A stretch of 64,000 bases of DNA from an uncultured Planctomycetota bacterium (lineage in GTDB: Bacteria; Planctomycetota; PLA2; JAEUHO01), in assembly GCA_963752285.1 (NCBI GenBank), contig CAVVXN010000005.1, positions 1,184,001 through 1,248,000 on the forward strand, given 5' to 3'. Below, piece after piece: positions 25,536 to 35,035 of the stretch. The notes below the pieces were generated by a model. That model ran no database searches and was not told the origin of the DNA. It saw only the letters and a program-made list of their open reading frames with translations. The first letter of the stretch is position 1; every line of letters starts with the position of its first letter. The translations under genes were made by a program, and so were the position numbers.

Positions 25536-28500
25536 CACGGCCCCCCGAGACCACGGAGGCGCTCCTCGACGAAGCGGAGGTTCGCGTCGTCCTCGCCGAC
25601 GCCGGCGCCCCGGGCCGCGTCCAGGTAGCGGCGGTACGCCCGCTCCGCCGCCACGCGCATGGCCTCGCTCTTCGAGCGACCGAGCAGGAGCTCGTTCAGG
25701 AGGCCCCGGTAGCGGTGCCGGTCGTAGAGGCGGTCCGTGCGGTCGAGCTGGTCGAGGGCCTGGAGCGACGCGAAGGCGGCGTTGATCCAGTGCGACTCGT
25801 CGCGCTCCGCCTCGTCGCCCGTCCCCGCGCCGACGCGGAGCAGGTCGTAGGCCGTCGCGACGAGGAGGTAGTGGGCGCGCGCGTGGTCGGGCCAGAGGTC
25901 GATCGCCCGTTCGAAGTCGGCGAGCGCGAGCGCGGGCTGGTGGACCTGCCGCTCTTCCTCGCCCTTGTCCACCGCGGCCTCCGCGTCGAACCACGCCTTC
26001 CTCCGCGCGTCGGGGTCCTGGTCCTCCAGGTTCGCGAGGCGGCTCCGGACGTCGTCCGACTCCTTCACGTGCGGCGCGAGGCGGAGGGCCGCCTCGAGGT
26101 CGGCCTTCTCCTCCTTCAAGTACGCGTCCTTGCGCGCCTTCGCCAACCGCCGCTTCGCCTCCCACGCCTTCGTCGCCGCGCCGAGCTCGTCGGCGGACAG
26201 CGGCGTCCCGTCGGGTCCCGTCGTCGGCGGCGGCGGAGGCTCGCGCTCGGCCATCGCGAGCAGCCGGAAGCGGAGCGCGCGGTCCCGGTGGATCTTCGCG
26301 AGCCCCTCGCCCACCTCGACCGACGCCGGCTCGAGCTCCCGCGCCGTGCGCCACGCCGTGAACGCGTCGTCCACCCGGTTCAGGCGCTGGTACACGTCGC
26401 CGCGGAGCATCCACGGCTCGGCGCGGCCCGAGGCCGCGGCCTCCGCGCGGTCGGCCTGGGCGAGCGCCGTCTTCGTGTCGCCGCGCTCGAGCGCCTGCCG
26501 CCCGATCGCGACCTGGAGGTCGGAGAGGGTCCGCGCCGCCGTGCCGTCCGGGACCCACTCGTACGCCCGCGCGCGCTCGGCGTGACGGATCGCCGACGCG
26601 AGGTCCCCCGCGACGCGCGCCACGCCCGAGGCGTCGAGCCACGTGCGCGGGTCGCGCGGGTCGAGGAGCAGCGCCTTCGTGAGCGTTCGCACGGCCTCGT
26701 CGAGCGCCTCGCGGGCGCGCGTCGAGAAGTACTCCGCCACGTACACGGCGGCCTGGCCGCGGAGGACGGCGGGCTCGCGCGGGTGCCGCTCCCGCAGGTC
26801 GTTCAGGCGCCGGAGCGCCTCGACCCACCGCTGCTGCTGCATCTCGGTCTCGGCGGCGAGGAGGCCGGCCGCGACGAGGTCGGGATGGTCGTCCGCGTGC
26901 TGGGAGAGCGCCCGGGCCGCGGTCTCCGCGGCCCGCTGGGCCAGGCGGAGACCCTTCGGGTCGTCCACCTGGCCCTCCGCGATCGAGAGGCGCGCCTTCG
27001 CGGCCCGCAGGTCGGCGGCGAGGAGGCGGAGGCGCACCAGCGGGTCGTCGGGGCGACGGTCCATGAGCAGGCGGTAGTCGCGTCCCGCGTCGTCCTGCCG
27101 TCCCGCGCGGTCCCGGAGCAGGGCGCGGAGCAGGATGGCGGCGTCGAACACCGCCGGCGCCGGCGTCCCGGTGGCGAGACGCTCCAGCACGGCGCCGTCG
27201 AGCTCGACGGCGCCCGACTCGTCGCCCACGACCGCGAGCGCCGCGGCGCGGCACAGCGCGTCCACCTCGGGCGCGCGCCGGGCGGTGCCCTCGTCGATCG
27301 CGGCGCGGAACCAGTCGAGCTCCTCGGCCAGCGGAAGCAGGCCGAGGTCGAGCCGCCCGGTGGCCTCGTGGATCGCGAGGCGCGCGAGGCGCGCGGCTTC
27401 GCGGTGGTCGTCGTCGCTCTTCGCGCCGCGCTCGCGCCACGCGGCCTCGAGCAGCGCGGCGTCGGCCACGAGGCGCCGGACCCAGGGCGGGCCGTCGGAC
27501 TCGTCGGCGGCGCGGGTGTACCGCGCGCGGGCCTCGTCGAACCGCGCGAGCTCGAGCAGCACGTCGCCGGCCCCGACCTCCGCCTCCCAACGGTGGGGCG
27601 TGACGGCGAGGGCCTGGTCGTAGCGGGCGAGCGCCTCGCGGAGCAGGGCCGTGTCGCGCCTCGCCTTGCCCCGCTCGTACGCCCCGTTCGCGTAGGCCAT
27701 GTGGATGTCGGAGAGGAGCCGCCGGCCCTTCGGGTGGTTCGGCCACCACTCGGTGAGGCGTTTCAGGATCTCCTGGGCCTTCTCGGCGTTCTTGGGGCCT
27801 GCGAGGTACACCTGCGCCTCCGCGAAGAGCAGGTCCGGGCTCGGACCCGTGCGCGCCTCGGCGCGACGGAGCTCGTTCAGCGCGTCCGGCACGCGCCCCT
27901 CGAGCGCGAGCACGTGCGCGAGCTGGAGGCGCGCGTCGAGGAAGTCGGGGTCGCAACGGACGGCGACGCGCAGGTGTCCCTCGGCGAGCGGGAGCGCGTC
28001 CTCGGCGTGCGTCTCGAGGAGCAGGGTGGCGAGGTCGTGGCGCGCCACCGCGGACTCGCCCCACGAACGGACGGCCTGCGCGTACGCGTCGAGCGCCCCC
28101 GCGGGGTCGTGCTGGAGCTCGAGCACCTGGCCGAGACGCACGTACGCCTCCGACACCACCTCGCGCGCGTCCTGGCGCACGATCGGCAGCTCGCGCAACG
28201 AGCGCGCGAGCTCGATCGTGTCGCGCGCGTGGCGTTCGAGCGTGGCGCGCGTGGTCGCGTCGGGCGCGGTCCCCGACGCGCCCACGCCGCCGAGCATCGC
28301 GTCGAGCTCGAGGAGTCTCGACTTGACGAGGATCTCGGGTCGGGGCGCGAGCGCGATCGCGTTCTCTGCGTCGGTCGTCGCGGCGGCCCACCGGCCGAGC
28401 GACGCCTCGGCGTGTCCCGACTGGAACCACGCGAGCGCGCTCTGGGGCTCCTTCGACGTCGCGTCCCGCCACACGGTCGCCGCGTCCCGGAAGGTCGCGG

Positions 28501-29737
28501 TGCGGACGCTCGCCAGCACGCCGAGGACGACGACCAGCGCGCCGAGCACGACCGCGCGGGACCGGAGACGGAGGAGGAGCACGGCGGCGAGCACGTACAC
28601 GCCGATCGCCGGCACGTAGAGGTAGCGGTCGGCCATCAGGATCGCCGTCCGCGGCCAGATCGCGTTCACCGGGAGCCAGCCGAGGATCCAGACGCCCGCG
28701 GCGACGGCGCCGGGCACGAAGCCGCGGCGGAGCGAGAGGACGAGGCCCACGACGGCGCCCGCCAGGGCGAGGAGGCCGAGCCACGGACCCGGCGAGAGCC
28801 ACGTCCCGGCGGGCGAGACCCCGTAGTCGAGCGCGAGGCGCACCGGCACGAGCACGTTCTCGAGGTAGTGGAGGTGGACGCCCATCGCCGCGGCGGCGAG
28901 CGCGCCGAGGGAGACCCCGTGCTCGACCGCGCCCGGGCCGTACGTGACCGCCATGTGGAGGTCGAGACCGACGCCGAGCACCGCGACCACGCCGATCGGG
29001 AGCCACCGCACGATCGCGGCGCGCCACGCCGCGGGTCGTCCCGCCGCACGCTCCCGGGCGCGGTGGAGCGCCTCGTCGAGGAGCAGAACGCCGGCCCAGA
29101 CCCACACGGTGCCCTTCGCGAGCCCGGCGAGGGCGAACAGGACCGCGGCGAGCAGGGCCACGCCTCCCCGCCGGCGCGTGCGGACGTACGCGAGGTGCGC
29201 GGCGAGGACGAGGACGAGCGAGAGGACGTCCTTCCGGCTCGCGATCCACGCGACGCTCTCCACGTGGACGGGGTGCGCGGCGAAGAGGAGGCCCGCCGCC
29301 GTGGCGAGCCACCGGGATCGGAGCCAGCCCTCCAGCACGAGCACGAGGAGGAGCGCGGCGAGCGCGTGGAGAAGGAGGTTCTGGACGTGGCCGACCGCGA
29401 CCGCCGCGTCGCCGAAGAGCGCGTCCACCTTCAGCGAGAGGAAGTAGACGGGCTTGTACGCGTACCAGACCGGCCCGGTCAGCAGCTCGCTGACCGGCGT
29501 CGTCCGGGCGAGGGCGAGCACCTGCGGGTCGTCGTAGTTGAGCGGCTCGAACGACCACACGCCGCCCGCGCCGATCCCGAGGTGCGCGACGATCGCGACG
29601 AGCACCACGAGCGCGAGGCGGCGTCGGCGCGCGCGCGGCGCCTCGGGCCCGGAGGCGCGCTCCGCCCGGGCCGGTCGCCCCGGCGGCGTCGCCGCGACGG
29701 CGGTCGGCTCGGGCGAGGTCCGTTCGCGGGAGGTCAT
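25535..29737 (-). CDS. TMTC-like GT-C glycosyltransferase with long TPR array (1400 aa)
   Basis: NYDDP, YKPV..LS, NLLLHAL, LFAAHPVHVESVAWIASRKDVL, MADRYLYVP in a polytopic N-terminal part, followed by about 950 aa of TPRs. Confidence 0.83.
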   Translation of the reverse strand: MTSRERTSPEPTAVAATPPGRPARAERASGPEAPRARRRRLALVVLVAIVAHLGIGAGGVWSFEPLNYDDPQVLALARTTPVSELLTGPVWYAYKPVYFLSLKVDALFGDAAVAVGHVQNLLLHALAALLLVLVLEGWLRSRWLATAAGLLFAAHPVHVESVAWIASRKDVLSLVLVLAAHLAYVRTRRRGGVALLAAVLFALAGLAKGTVWVWAGVLLLDEALHRARERAAGRPAAWRAAIVRWLPIGVVAVLGVGLDLHMAVTYGPGAVEHGVSLGALAAAAMGVHLHYLENVLVPVRLALDYGVSPAGTWLSPGPWLGLLALAGAVVGLVLSLRRGFVPGAVAAGVWILGWLPVNAIWPRTAILMADRYLYVPAIGVYVLAAVLLLRLRSRAVVLGALVVVLGVLASVRTATFRDAATVWRDATSKEPQSALAWFQSGHAEASLGRWAAATTDAENAIALAPRPEILVKSRLLELDAMLGGVGASGTAPDATTRATLERHARDTIELARSLRELPIVRQDAREVVSEAYVRLGQVLELQHDPAGALDAYAQAVRSWGESAVARHDLATLLLETHAEDALPLAEGHLRVAVRCDPDFLDARLQLAHVLALEGRVPDALNELRRAEARTGPSPDLLFAEAQVYLAGPKNAEKAQEILKRLTEWWPNHPKGRRLLSDIHMAYANGAYERGKARRDTALLREALARYDQALAVTPHRWEAEVGAGDVLLELARFDEARARYTRAADESDGPPWVRRLVADAALLEAAWRERGAKSDDDHREAARLARLAIHEATGRLDLGLLPLAEELDWFRAAIDEGTARRAPEVDALCRAAALAVVGDESGAVELDGAVLERLATGTPAPAVFDAAILLRALLRDRAGRQDDAGRDYRLLMDRRPDDPLVRLRLLAADLRAAKARLSIAEGQVDDPKGLRLAQRAAETAARALSQHADDHPDLVAAGLLAAETEMQQQRWVEALRRLNDLRERHPREPAVLRGQAAVYVAEYFSTRAREALDEAVRTLTKALLLDPRDPRTWLDASGVARVAGDLASAIRHAERARAYEWVPDGTAARTLSDLQVAIGRQALERGDTKTALAQADRAEAAASGRAEPWMLRGDVYQRLNRVDDAFTAWRTARELEPASVEVGEGLAKIHRDRALRFRLLAMAEREPPPPPTTGPDGTPLSADELGAATKAWEAKRRLAKARKDAYLKEEKADLEAALRLAPHVKESDDVRSRLANLEDQDPDARRKAWFDAEAAVDKGEEERQVHQPALALADFERAIDLWPDHARAHYLLVATAYDLLRVGAGTGDEAERDESHWINAAFASLQALDQLDRTDRLYDRHRYRGLLNELLLGRSKSEAMRVAAERAYRRYLDAARGAGVGEDDANLRFVEERLRGLGGP

Positions 29738-31653
29738 GCGGTCGGCTCGCTTCTCTCGAGGGGGAGGGGGGACGCCGCGCCGGACGCCCGGAGGGCGGGG
29801 CCGCCGTGCCGCTCGGGCCCGGCGTCGAGAAACGTGCGGGCCCAGAGCTCGAACAGCAGGAGGGCGTAGAGGGAGCGGTCGTAGAACGGTACCGGCGCGT
29901 CGAGCCGCCGTCGGACCGCCGCCACGTCCCACCAGCCCCGCTCGCGGAACGCGCGGTCCTCGAGCACCGCGCGGACGAGGCCACGGCCCGGCCCGGCCGC
30001 CGCGCGGGGAAACGGGGTGGGGAAGCCCCGCTTCCTCCGCGACGCCCGCACCGCCTCGGGCACGCGACCGGCGAGCGCGAGCCGGAGCGCGCGCTTCCCC
30101 TCGCCGTCGGGGCCGACGAGGCCCTCGGGCGGGACCCGCGCGGCCGCGCGCGGCACGTCGCCGAGGCAGAGCACCGGCCGGCCCTCGAGCCCGTTCGCCA
30201 TCAGCACCCGGTCCTCGACGTGGAGCAGCGTGGGGAGCGTCCTCTCGACCTCGTCCTCGACGAGCCGCTCGAGCGCGTCGTCCGCGCCGGCGCCGGAGGA
30301 CGGCGCGGGCGGGTCCGCCTCCGGCAGCGACGCGCGGAGCTCCGGCGCGAGGAGCGGGAAGAGGTCCTCTTCGCGGCCGTGCGCCGCGCGGCGGCGGGCG
30401 CCCGCGTCGAGGCCCGCGCGCTCGATCCGCCCCGCGAGCGCGTCGTAGCCCTCGGTCCAGACGCCGTGGCGGCCGAGCGCGAGCGCGGTCCGCGCGTAGC
30501 CGCCGAGGAGCTCGTCGCCGCCGGTGCCGGTGAGCACCACCTTCGTGACCGCCCGGGCGCGCCGCGCGAGGCGCCAGAGCGCGAGCGCCCCCGGGCCCGC
30601 GAGCGGCAGCTCGAGCGCCCCCACCACGGGAACGAGGTCCTCGACGAGGTCTCGGTCCTCGAGGTCCACGACCTCGTGCGCCCAGCCGCCGGCGTCGGCG
30701 GAGAGACGCGCGAGCCCGCTCTCGTCGAAGTCCCCGCCGGCCGGCGCGAAGCGCCCCGTGAACGCGGTGCCGCCGCGCCCCGCGAGGCACGCGACCGCGG
30801 CAGAGTCGAGCCCACCCGAGAGGAAGAGCGCGGGCACGGCGTCCGCGCGAGCCGCCTCCGCCGCCTCGCGCGCCGCGTCGGCGACGGCCTCTCCGAGCGC
30901 CCGGGTCGCGGTCGCGAGCGGCGCGCTCCGGTCGACGAGGTCGCGGACGCCCGTGCCGCCCGCCCAGCGCGTGACGCGCCCGCCACGGTCCACGCGCCAC
31001 GCGCCGCCCGGCCGAACCGTCTCGATCCCGCGAAACGGCGTCGCCACGCCCGGTCGCTGCTCGCGAAGGAGCGTCGCCAGGCCGTCGGCGTCCACGCGCC
31101 GCGCGCCGGGCACGGCGCGGAGCAGCGGTCGGATCTCGGAGGCGACGAACACCGTCTCCTCCGTCTCCGCCACGTGGAGCGGCTTCACCCCGAGCCGGTC
31201 CCGGACGAGCCACGCCTCGTCCCGTTCCAGGTCCCACGCGACGAACGCACCCATCGCCCCTTCGAGCAGCGCCATCGCCGCGGGCCCGTCGAGCGAGCCG
31301 TGGCGCGCGAGGGCCGCGAGGGCCTCGGCGAGGAGCGGTCCGTCGCCCGCGCCTCCGTCCGGCGGCGTCCCGCCGGCCGCGCGCACGAGCCGCTCGAGCC
31401 GCGCGCGCGGCGACCCGAGCACCTCGCCGTTCCACGCGAGCACGATGCGTCCGTCCCGACTGCGAAGGGGCGGGTCCGCGCGCCCGTCGCCCTGCACGGA
31501 GAGCCGCGCCGCGTACACCGCGCCGCGCGCAGTCTCGTAGCGGCCCTCCGCGTCGGGACCGCGGTGGCGGACGTCCGAGAGCATCGCCTCGAGAAGGGTT
31601 CGCGCGGGCGCCGGCGCGCCCCGCCTCCCGAAGGCGGCGACGAAGCCGCACAC
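29734..31653 (-). CDS. asnB: Asparagine synthase (glutamine-hydrolysing)-like amidotransferase
   Basis: MCG N-terminus, HRGPD, WNGE, RDRLGVKPL, LSGGLDS, TGTGGDELLGGY, KRGF. Confidence 0.88.
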   Translation of the reverse strand: MCGFVAAFGRRGAPAPARTLLEAMLSDVRHRGPDAEGRYETARGAVYAARLSVQGDGRADPPLRSRDGRIVLAWNGEVLGSPRARLERLVRAAGGTPPDGGAGDGPLLAEALAALARHGSLDGPAAMALLEGAMGAFVAWDLERDEAWLVRDRLGVKPLHVAETEETVFVASEIRPLLRAVPGARRVDADGLATLLREQRPGVATPFRGIETVRPGGAWRVDRGGRVTRWAGGTGVRDLVDRSAPLATATRALGEAVADAAREAAEAARADAVPALFLSGGLDSAAVACLAGRGGTAFTGRFAPAGGDFDESGLARLSADAGGWAHEVVDLEDRDLVEDLVPVVGALELPLAGPGALALWRLARRARAVTKVVLTGTGGDELLGGYARTALALGRHGVWTEGYDALAGRIERAGLDAGARRRAAHGREEDLFPLLAPELRASLPEADPPAPSSGAGADDALERLVEDEVERTLPTLLHVEDRVLMANGLEGRPVLCLGDVPRAAARVPPEGLVGPDGEGKRALRLALAGRVPEAVRASRRKRGFPTPFPRAAAGPGRGLVRAVLEDRAFRERGWWDVAAVRRRLDAPVPFYDRSLYALLLFELWARTFLDAGPERHGGPALRASGAASPLPLERSEPTA

Positions 31654-32454
31654 TCACGCGCTCCGCTCGCGCCGGGGGGCGCGGGGACCGGGCCCACGCC
31701 CTCCCGCACCGCACCGTCGCGGCACGAGCACCGCGGCCCAGCCGAGCGCGACGGGATCGAACGCGATCCCCGAGACGCGGCCGTTCGACGTGAGGAGCCG
31801 CCGCACGCGCCGGCGCGTGAAGCGGTGCAGGTGCCCCGGCGCGGGCGCGAGCGAGAGCCCGCGCACGAGGCTGCCGAGCCGGGACACCGCGAGCACGCGC
31901 TTCAGGAAGAGGATGGGCCCGTCGGCCGGGAGGTAGACGACCACGCGCCCGCCGGGTGCGAGCACGCGCGCCGCGGCCTCGAGGGCCTCGGACGGCCGCG
32001 GCAGGTGCTCGAGGAGCGCCGACAGGACCACCACGTCGAAGCGCTCCGCACCCACGGCCTCGAGGAGGCCCTCCGCGTCCGCCGCGTCGGCGACGACCCG
32101 CGCGACGCGGGGCGGTCCGAGCCGCGCCGTCTGGAGCACGCGCGGGTCCACGTCGGCGAGGACGACGCGCTCCGCATGGCCGGCATACCCCTCCGCGACC
32201 CAGCCGTCCTCCGCGCCCAGGTCGAGCACCCGCGCGTGCCGTCCCCGGAGCACGCGACCGACGACCAGCGCGCGGCGTCGGGCCTCGATCGCGCGGACGA
32301 TCCAACCGCCGCGCGCGCGCATCGCCGCCATCGCGTGCGTCTCGTTGAGCCGCCGGTTCCTCGCCGCGAGCGCGTCCCTCGCGGGGGAGGGCGCCGGCGC
32401 GGCGCGGGGAGCGAGAACGGACGTCACCCCGCGAGGGTCGAGCGGCGTGGTCAT
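31654..32454 (-). CDS. Class I SAM-dependent methyltransferase
   Basis: VLDLGAEDG, FDVVVLSALLEHL, LAPGG. ATG 32454. Confidence 0.85.
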   Translation of the reverse strand: MTTPLDPRGVTSVLAPRAAPAPSPARDALAARNRRLNETHAMAAMRARGGWIVRAIEARRRALVVGRVLRGRHARVLDLGAEDGWVAEGYAGHAERVVLADVDPRVLQTARLGPPRVARVVADAADAEGLLEAVGAERFDVVVLSALLEHLPRPSEALEAAARVLAPGGRVVVYLPADGPILFLKRVLAVSRLGSLVRGLSLAPAPGHLHRFTRRRVRRLLTSNGRVSGIAFDPVALGWAAVLVPRRCGAGGRGPGPRAPRRERSA

Positions 32455-32461
32455 CCGGAGG

Positions 32462-33196
32462 TCACTCGGTCGGCCCGCCCGTCCCGCGCCGTCGCGACCC
32501 CGCGCGGGCCCGCGCGAAGGCCGTGAGGACCCGGAGGTGCCCCGAGAGCGCGCGAAGGACACGCATCTTGCTCTCCCCCTCGGTCCGCCGACCGAGCCGC
32601 GCCGGGACCTCGACGACGCGGGCGCCGAGGAGGAGCGCGCGTCCGAGCATCTCGGCCGCGGCGGGGAAGCCGTCCTCCCGGGGGAGCAGACGTCGCGCCC
32701 AGGCGCGCCGATAGGCCCGGGTCGCGCACGTGAACGTCCTCGTGCCGTGGGACCGGGGGCCGAGGACCGCACGGTACGCGGCCGCCGCCGCGCGCGAGAG
32801 CGCCGCCCGGAAGGGCGTGACGTCCCCGGCCTCGGCCCCGGGCGTCCACGGGCTCGCCGTCGCGAGGTCCGCGCCCGCCCGGACCGACGCCACGAGGAGG
32901 TCGATGGTCTCGGGCGGGTAGGTGCGGTCCGCGTCGTACACGACGACGACGTCGCCCGTCGCGAGCGCGAGCCCGGTCCGCGTCGCGGCGCCCACGCCGC
33001 GGTTCGCGCCGTGCGTCGCGATCCGCACGCGCGGGTCCGCCGCGGCGAGGGCCGCGAGGGCCCGCGGCGTCGCGTCCGTGGACCCGTCGTCCACGAACAC
33101 CAGCTCGTCCGCGGCGAGGCGCGGGAGGAGGTCCCCCCAGGGACCGAGTGCGTCGGCCTCCTGGTAGCACGGGACCACCACCGAGATCGCCGGCAT
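32462..33196 (-). CDS. Glycosyltransferase family 2 (DPM1-like)
   Basis: ISVVVPCYQE, FVDDGSTDAT, NRGVGAA, YDAD, R..GESKM. Confidence 0.9.
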   Translation of the reverse strand: MPAISVVVPCYQEADALGPWGDLLPRLAADELVFVDDGSTDATPRALAALAAADPRVRIATHGANRGVGAATRTGLALATGDVVVVYDADRTYPPETIDLLVASVRAGADLATASPWTPGAEAGDVTPFRAALSRAAAAAYRAVLGPRSHGTRTFTCATRAYRRAWARRLLPREDGFPAAAEMLGRALLLGARVVEVPARLGRRTEGESKMRVLRALSGHLRVLTAFARARAGSRRRGTGGPTE

Positions 33197-33288
33197 CCGC
33201 TGCTCCCTCGCCGGACCGGGCACTCCGGCCTCCCGACCGCCCCGTTCCCCACAGACCGTACCGCCGCGGCGGCTGTCATGATGGGCGC

Positions 33289-33933
33289 GTGGGGTACGCC
33301 GCCCGCACGAAGTACGACGAGCCCGGCCGCGCCCGGCGCTACCGGGACCGGAGCCCGGAGCGCGACGCGGAGGAGTGGCGGCTCCTCGAACGGGTGATCC
33401 GGGAGCTCCCCGGCCGGCCGCGGTCGGCGCTCGACGTGCCGTGCGGCACCGGCCGCATCGCGGAGCGCCTGATCCAGATGGGCATCCCGACGCGCGGCGC
33501 CGACCTCTCCGCCGCGATGCGCGCCGAGACGATGCTCCGCCTCGGCGGCCGGCCGGGCTTCGCGGGCGCGGTCCACCTCGACCTCGAGGTCCCGACGCCG
33601 GACCCGCGCCTCCGTTCGGACCTCGTGGTGTGCTTCCGCCTCCTCCACCACCTCCCGGACGTGAAGACGCGAGCGCGGGTCCTCTCGACCCTGGCCGAGC
33701 TGACGGGGAGCGACCTCCTCCTGTCGTTCCACCACCCGGTCAGCGCGCACGCGCTCAAGCGCCTCGCGAAACGGGTCCTCTGGGGACGGCGGAGCGACCG
33801 CCACACGATGACGCGCACACGGCTCCGGCGGGAGGCGGAAGCGGCCGGGCTCGACCTCGTGCGCTGCCGCGGGCTCGGGCCGTTCCGGCGCGAGCTCTGG
33901 GTGGCCTGGCTGCGGCCGCGACCGCCGGGCTAG
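33289..33933 (+). CDS. Class I SAM-dependent methyltransferase
   Basis: ALDVPCGTGR, DLSAAM, DLVVCFRLLHH. Start placed at GTG 33289, 6 nt after a -10-like hexamer. Confidence 0.85.
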   Translation: MGYAARTKYDEPGRARRYRDRSPERDAEEWRLLERVIRELPGRPRSALDVPCGTGRIAERLIQMGIPTRGADLSAAMRAETMLRLGGRPGFAGAVHLDLEVPTPDPRLRSDLVVCFRLLHHLPDVKTRARVLSTLAELTGSDLLLSFHHPVSAHALKRLAKRVLWGRRSDRHTMTRTRLRREAEAAGLDLVRCRGLGPFRRELWVAWLRPRPPG

Positions 33934-33959
33934 GCGACGGCTCGACGCGGGCGGCGGCC

Positions 33960-34640
33960 TCAGCGGCCGGGGACCGGCTGTCCGAGCGCGCGCGCCACCT
34001 GCTTCAGGTCCTCCCAGGCCTCCCGCTTGGCCGAAGGGTTCCGGAGCAGGTACGCCGGGTGGTAGGTCGGCATCACACGCCAGCCCTCGGGCGTGGTCCT
34101 GAACCGGCCCCGGAGCCGCGTGATGCCGAGCTCCGTCCCGAGCAGGAGGCGCGCGGCGTGGCTCCCGAGCGCGAGGTACAGCGGGGCGGCGAGCGTCTCG
34201 AGCTGGGCCGAGAGCCAGGGACGGCAGGCGGCCGCCTCGTCGGGACGTGGCGAGCGGTTTCCCGGGGGCCGGCACTTGAGGACGTTCGCGATGAAGACCT
34301 CCTCGCGGGGGAGGCCGATCGCCTGGAGCATCCGCGTGAGGAGCTCGCCGGCGCGGCCCACGAAGGGGCGGCCCGTCCGGTCCTCCTCCTCCCCCGGCGC
34401 CTCTCCGACCACCACGAGCCGCGGCTCGGGGCTCCCCTCGCCGAACACGGTGCGCGCGCGCGTAGTCGCGAGCCGGCAGCGCGTACAGGCCTCGACCTCG
34501 AGGCGGAGGCGCGCGAGGGTCGCGAGCCGGGCCGCGTCGGGCCCGGGCGGCGGGGCCGGCCCGTCGGCGGGGCACCAGCGGCCCGCGGCGCCCCGCGCCC
34601 ACGCGAGATGGAGACGGACCTCGTCGGCGAGCGTCGGCAC
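33960..34640 (-). CDS. Uracil-DNA glycosylase family 4
   Basis: CTRC.L, VFGEG, VGEAPGEEED, PFVGRAG, NVLKCRPPGNR, TYHPAYLLR. Confidence 0.95.
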   Translation of the reverse strand: MPTLADEVRLHLAWARGAAGRWCPADGPAPPPGPDAARLATLARLRLEVEACTRCRLATTRARTVFGEGSPEPRLVVVGEAPGEEEDRTGRPFVGRAGELLTRMLQAIGLPREEVFIANVLKCRPPGNRSPRPDEAAACRPWLSAQLETLAAPLYLALGSHAARLLLGTELGITRLRGRFRTTPEGWRVMPTYHPAYLLRNPSAKREAWEDLKQVARALGQPVPGR

Positions 34641-35035
34641 CCTCGGATCGTACGCGTCCCCGCCGACGCTCGCGCGTCCGGGCGAGCGGTCGGCCGGGAC
34701 CGGTCCGGCGCGTCGCGCCCCGACCGCTCGCACGTCGTTCTCGAAACGGCCGAAACGCGTTCGGAGACGCGTCCGTGACGGGCCGCGCGATGGTCGGCCC
34801 GGGGACGCGTCGGCGCCCCCGGGGAGGCGAGTTTCCGGCGCGTCCGCGTGACGGGCACGTGACAGCGCACCCGTAACAGAGGTCGCGTTCCGGGTCCGAG
34901 CGGGACTCGAGGGCCCGGCGCCCGCCGTCGGAGGGACGGCGCGCGTCGGGGAGTCGGCGGAGGGACGCAGCGGCGGTCGCCGCGCGTGGCCTCCTCGGCG
35001 TCCTGCCGCTCGAAGCCGGAACGGTGGAGTCCGGG

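Noticed and set aside
33960..34640. UDG and methyltransferases as a phage or defence island
   Set aside because: They look like ordinary housekeeping or small-molecule enzymes. There is no integrase, nuclease, DNA-methylase motif or visible compositional shift.
34853..34866. GG-N10-GC (cgggcacgtgacagc) upstream of secretin 1 as a sigma54 promoter
   Set aside because: GGCAC is out of register by one base and there is no TTGC at -12.
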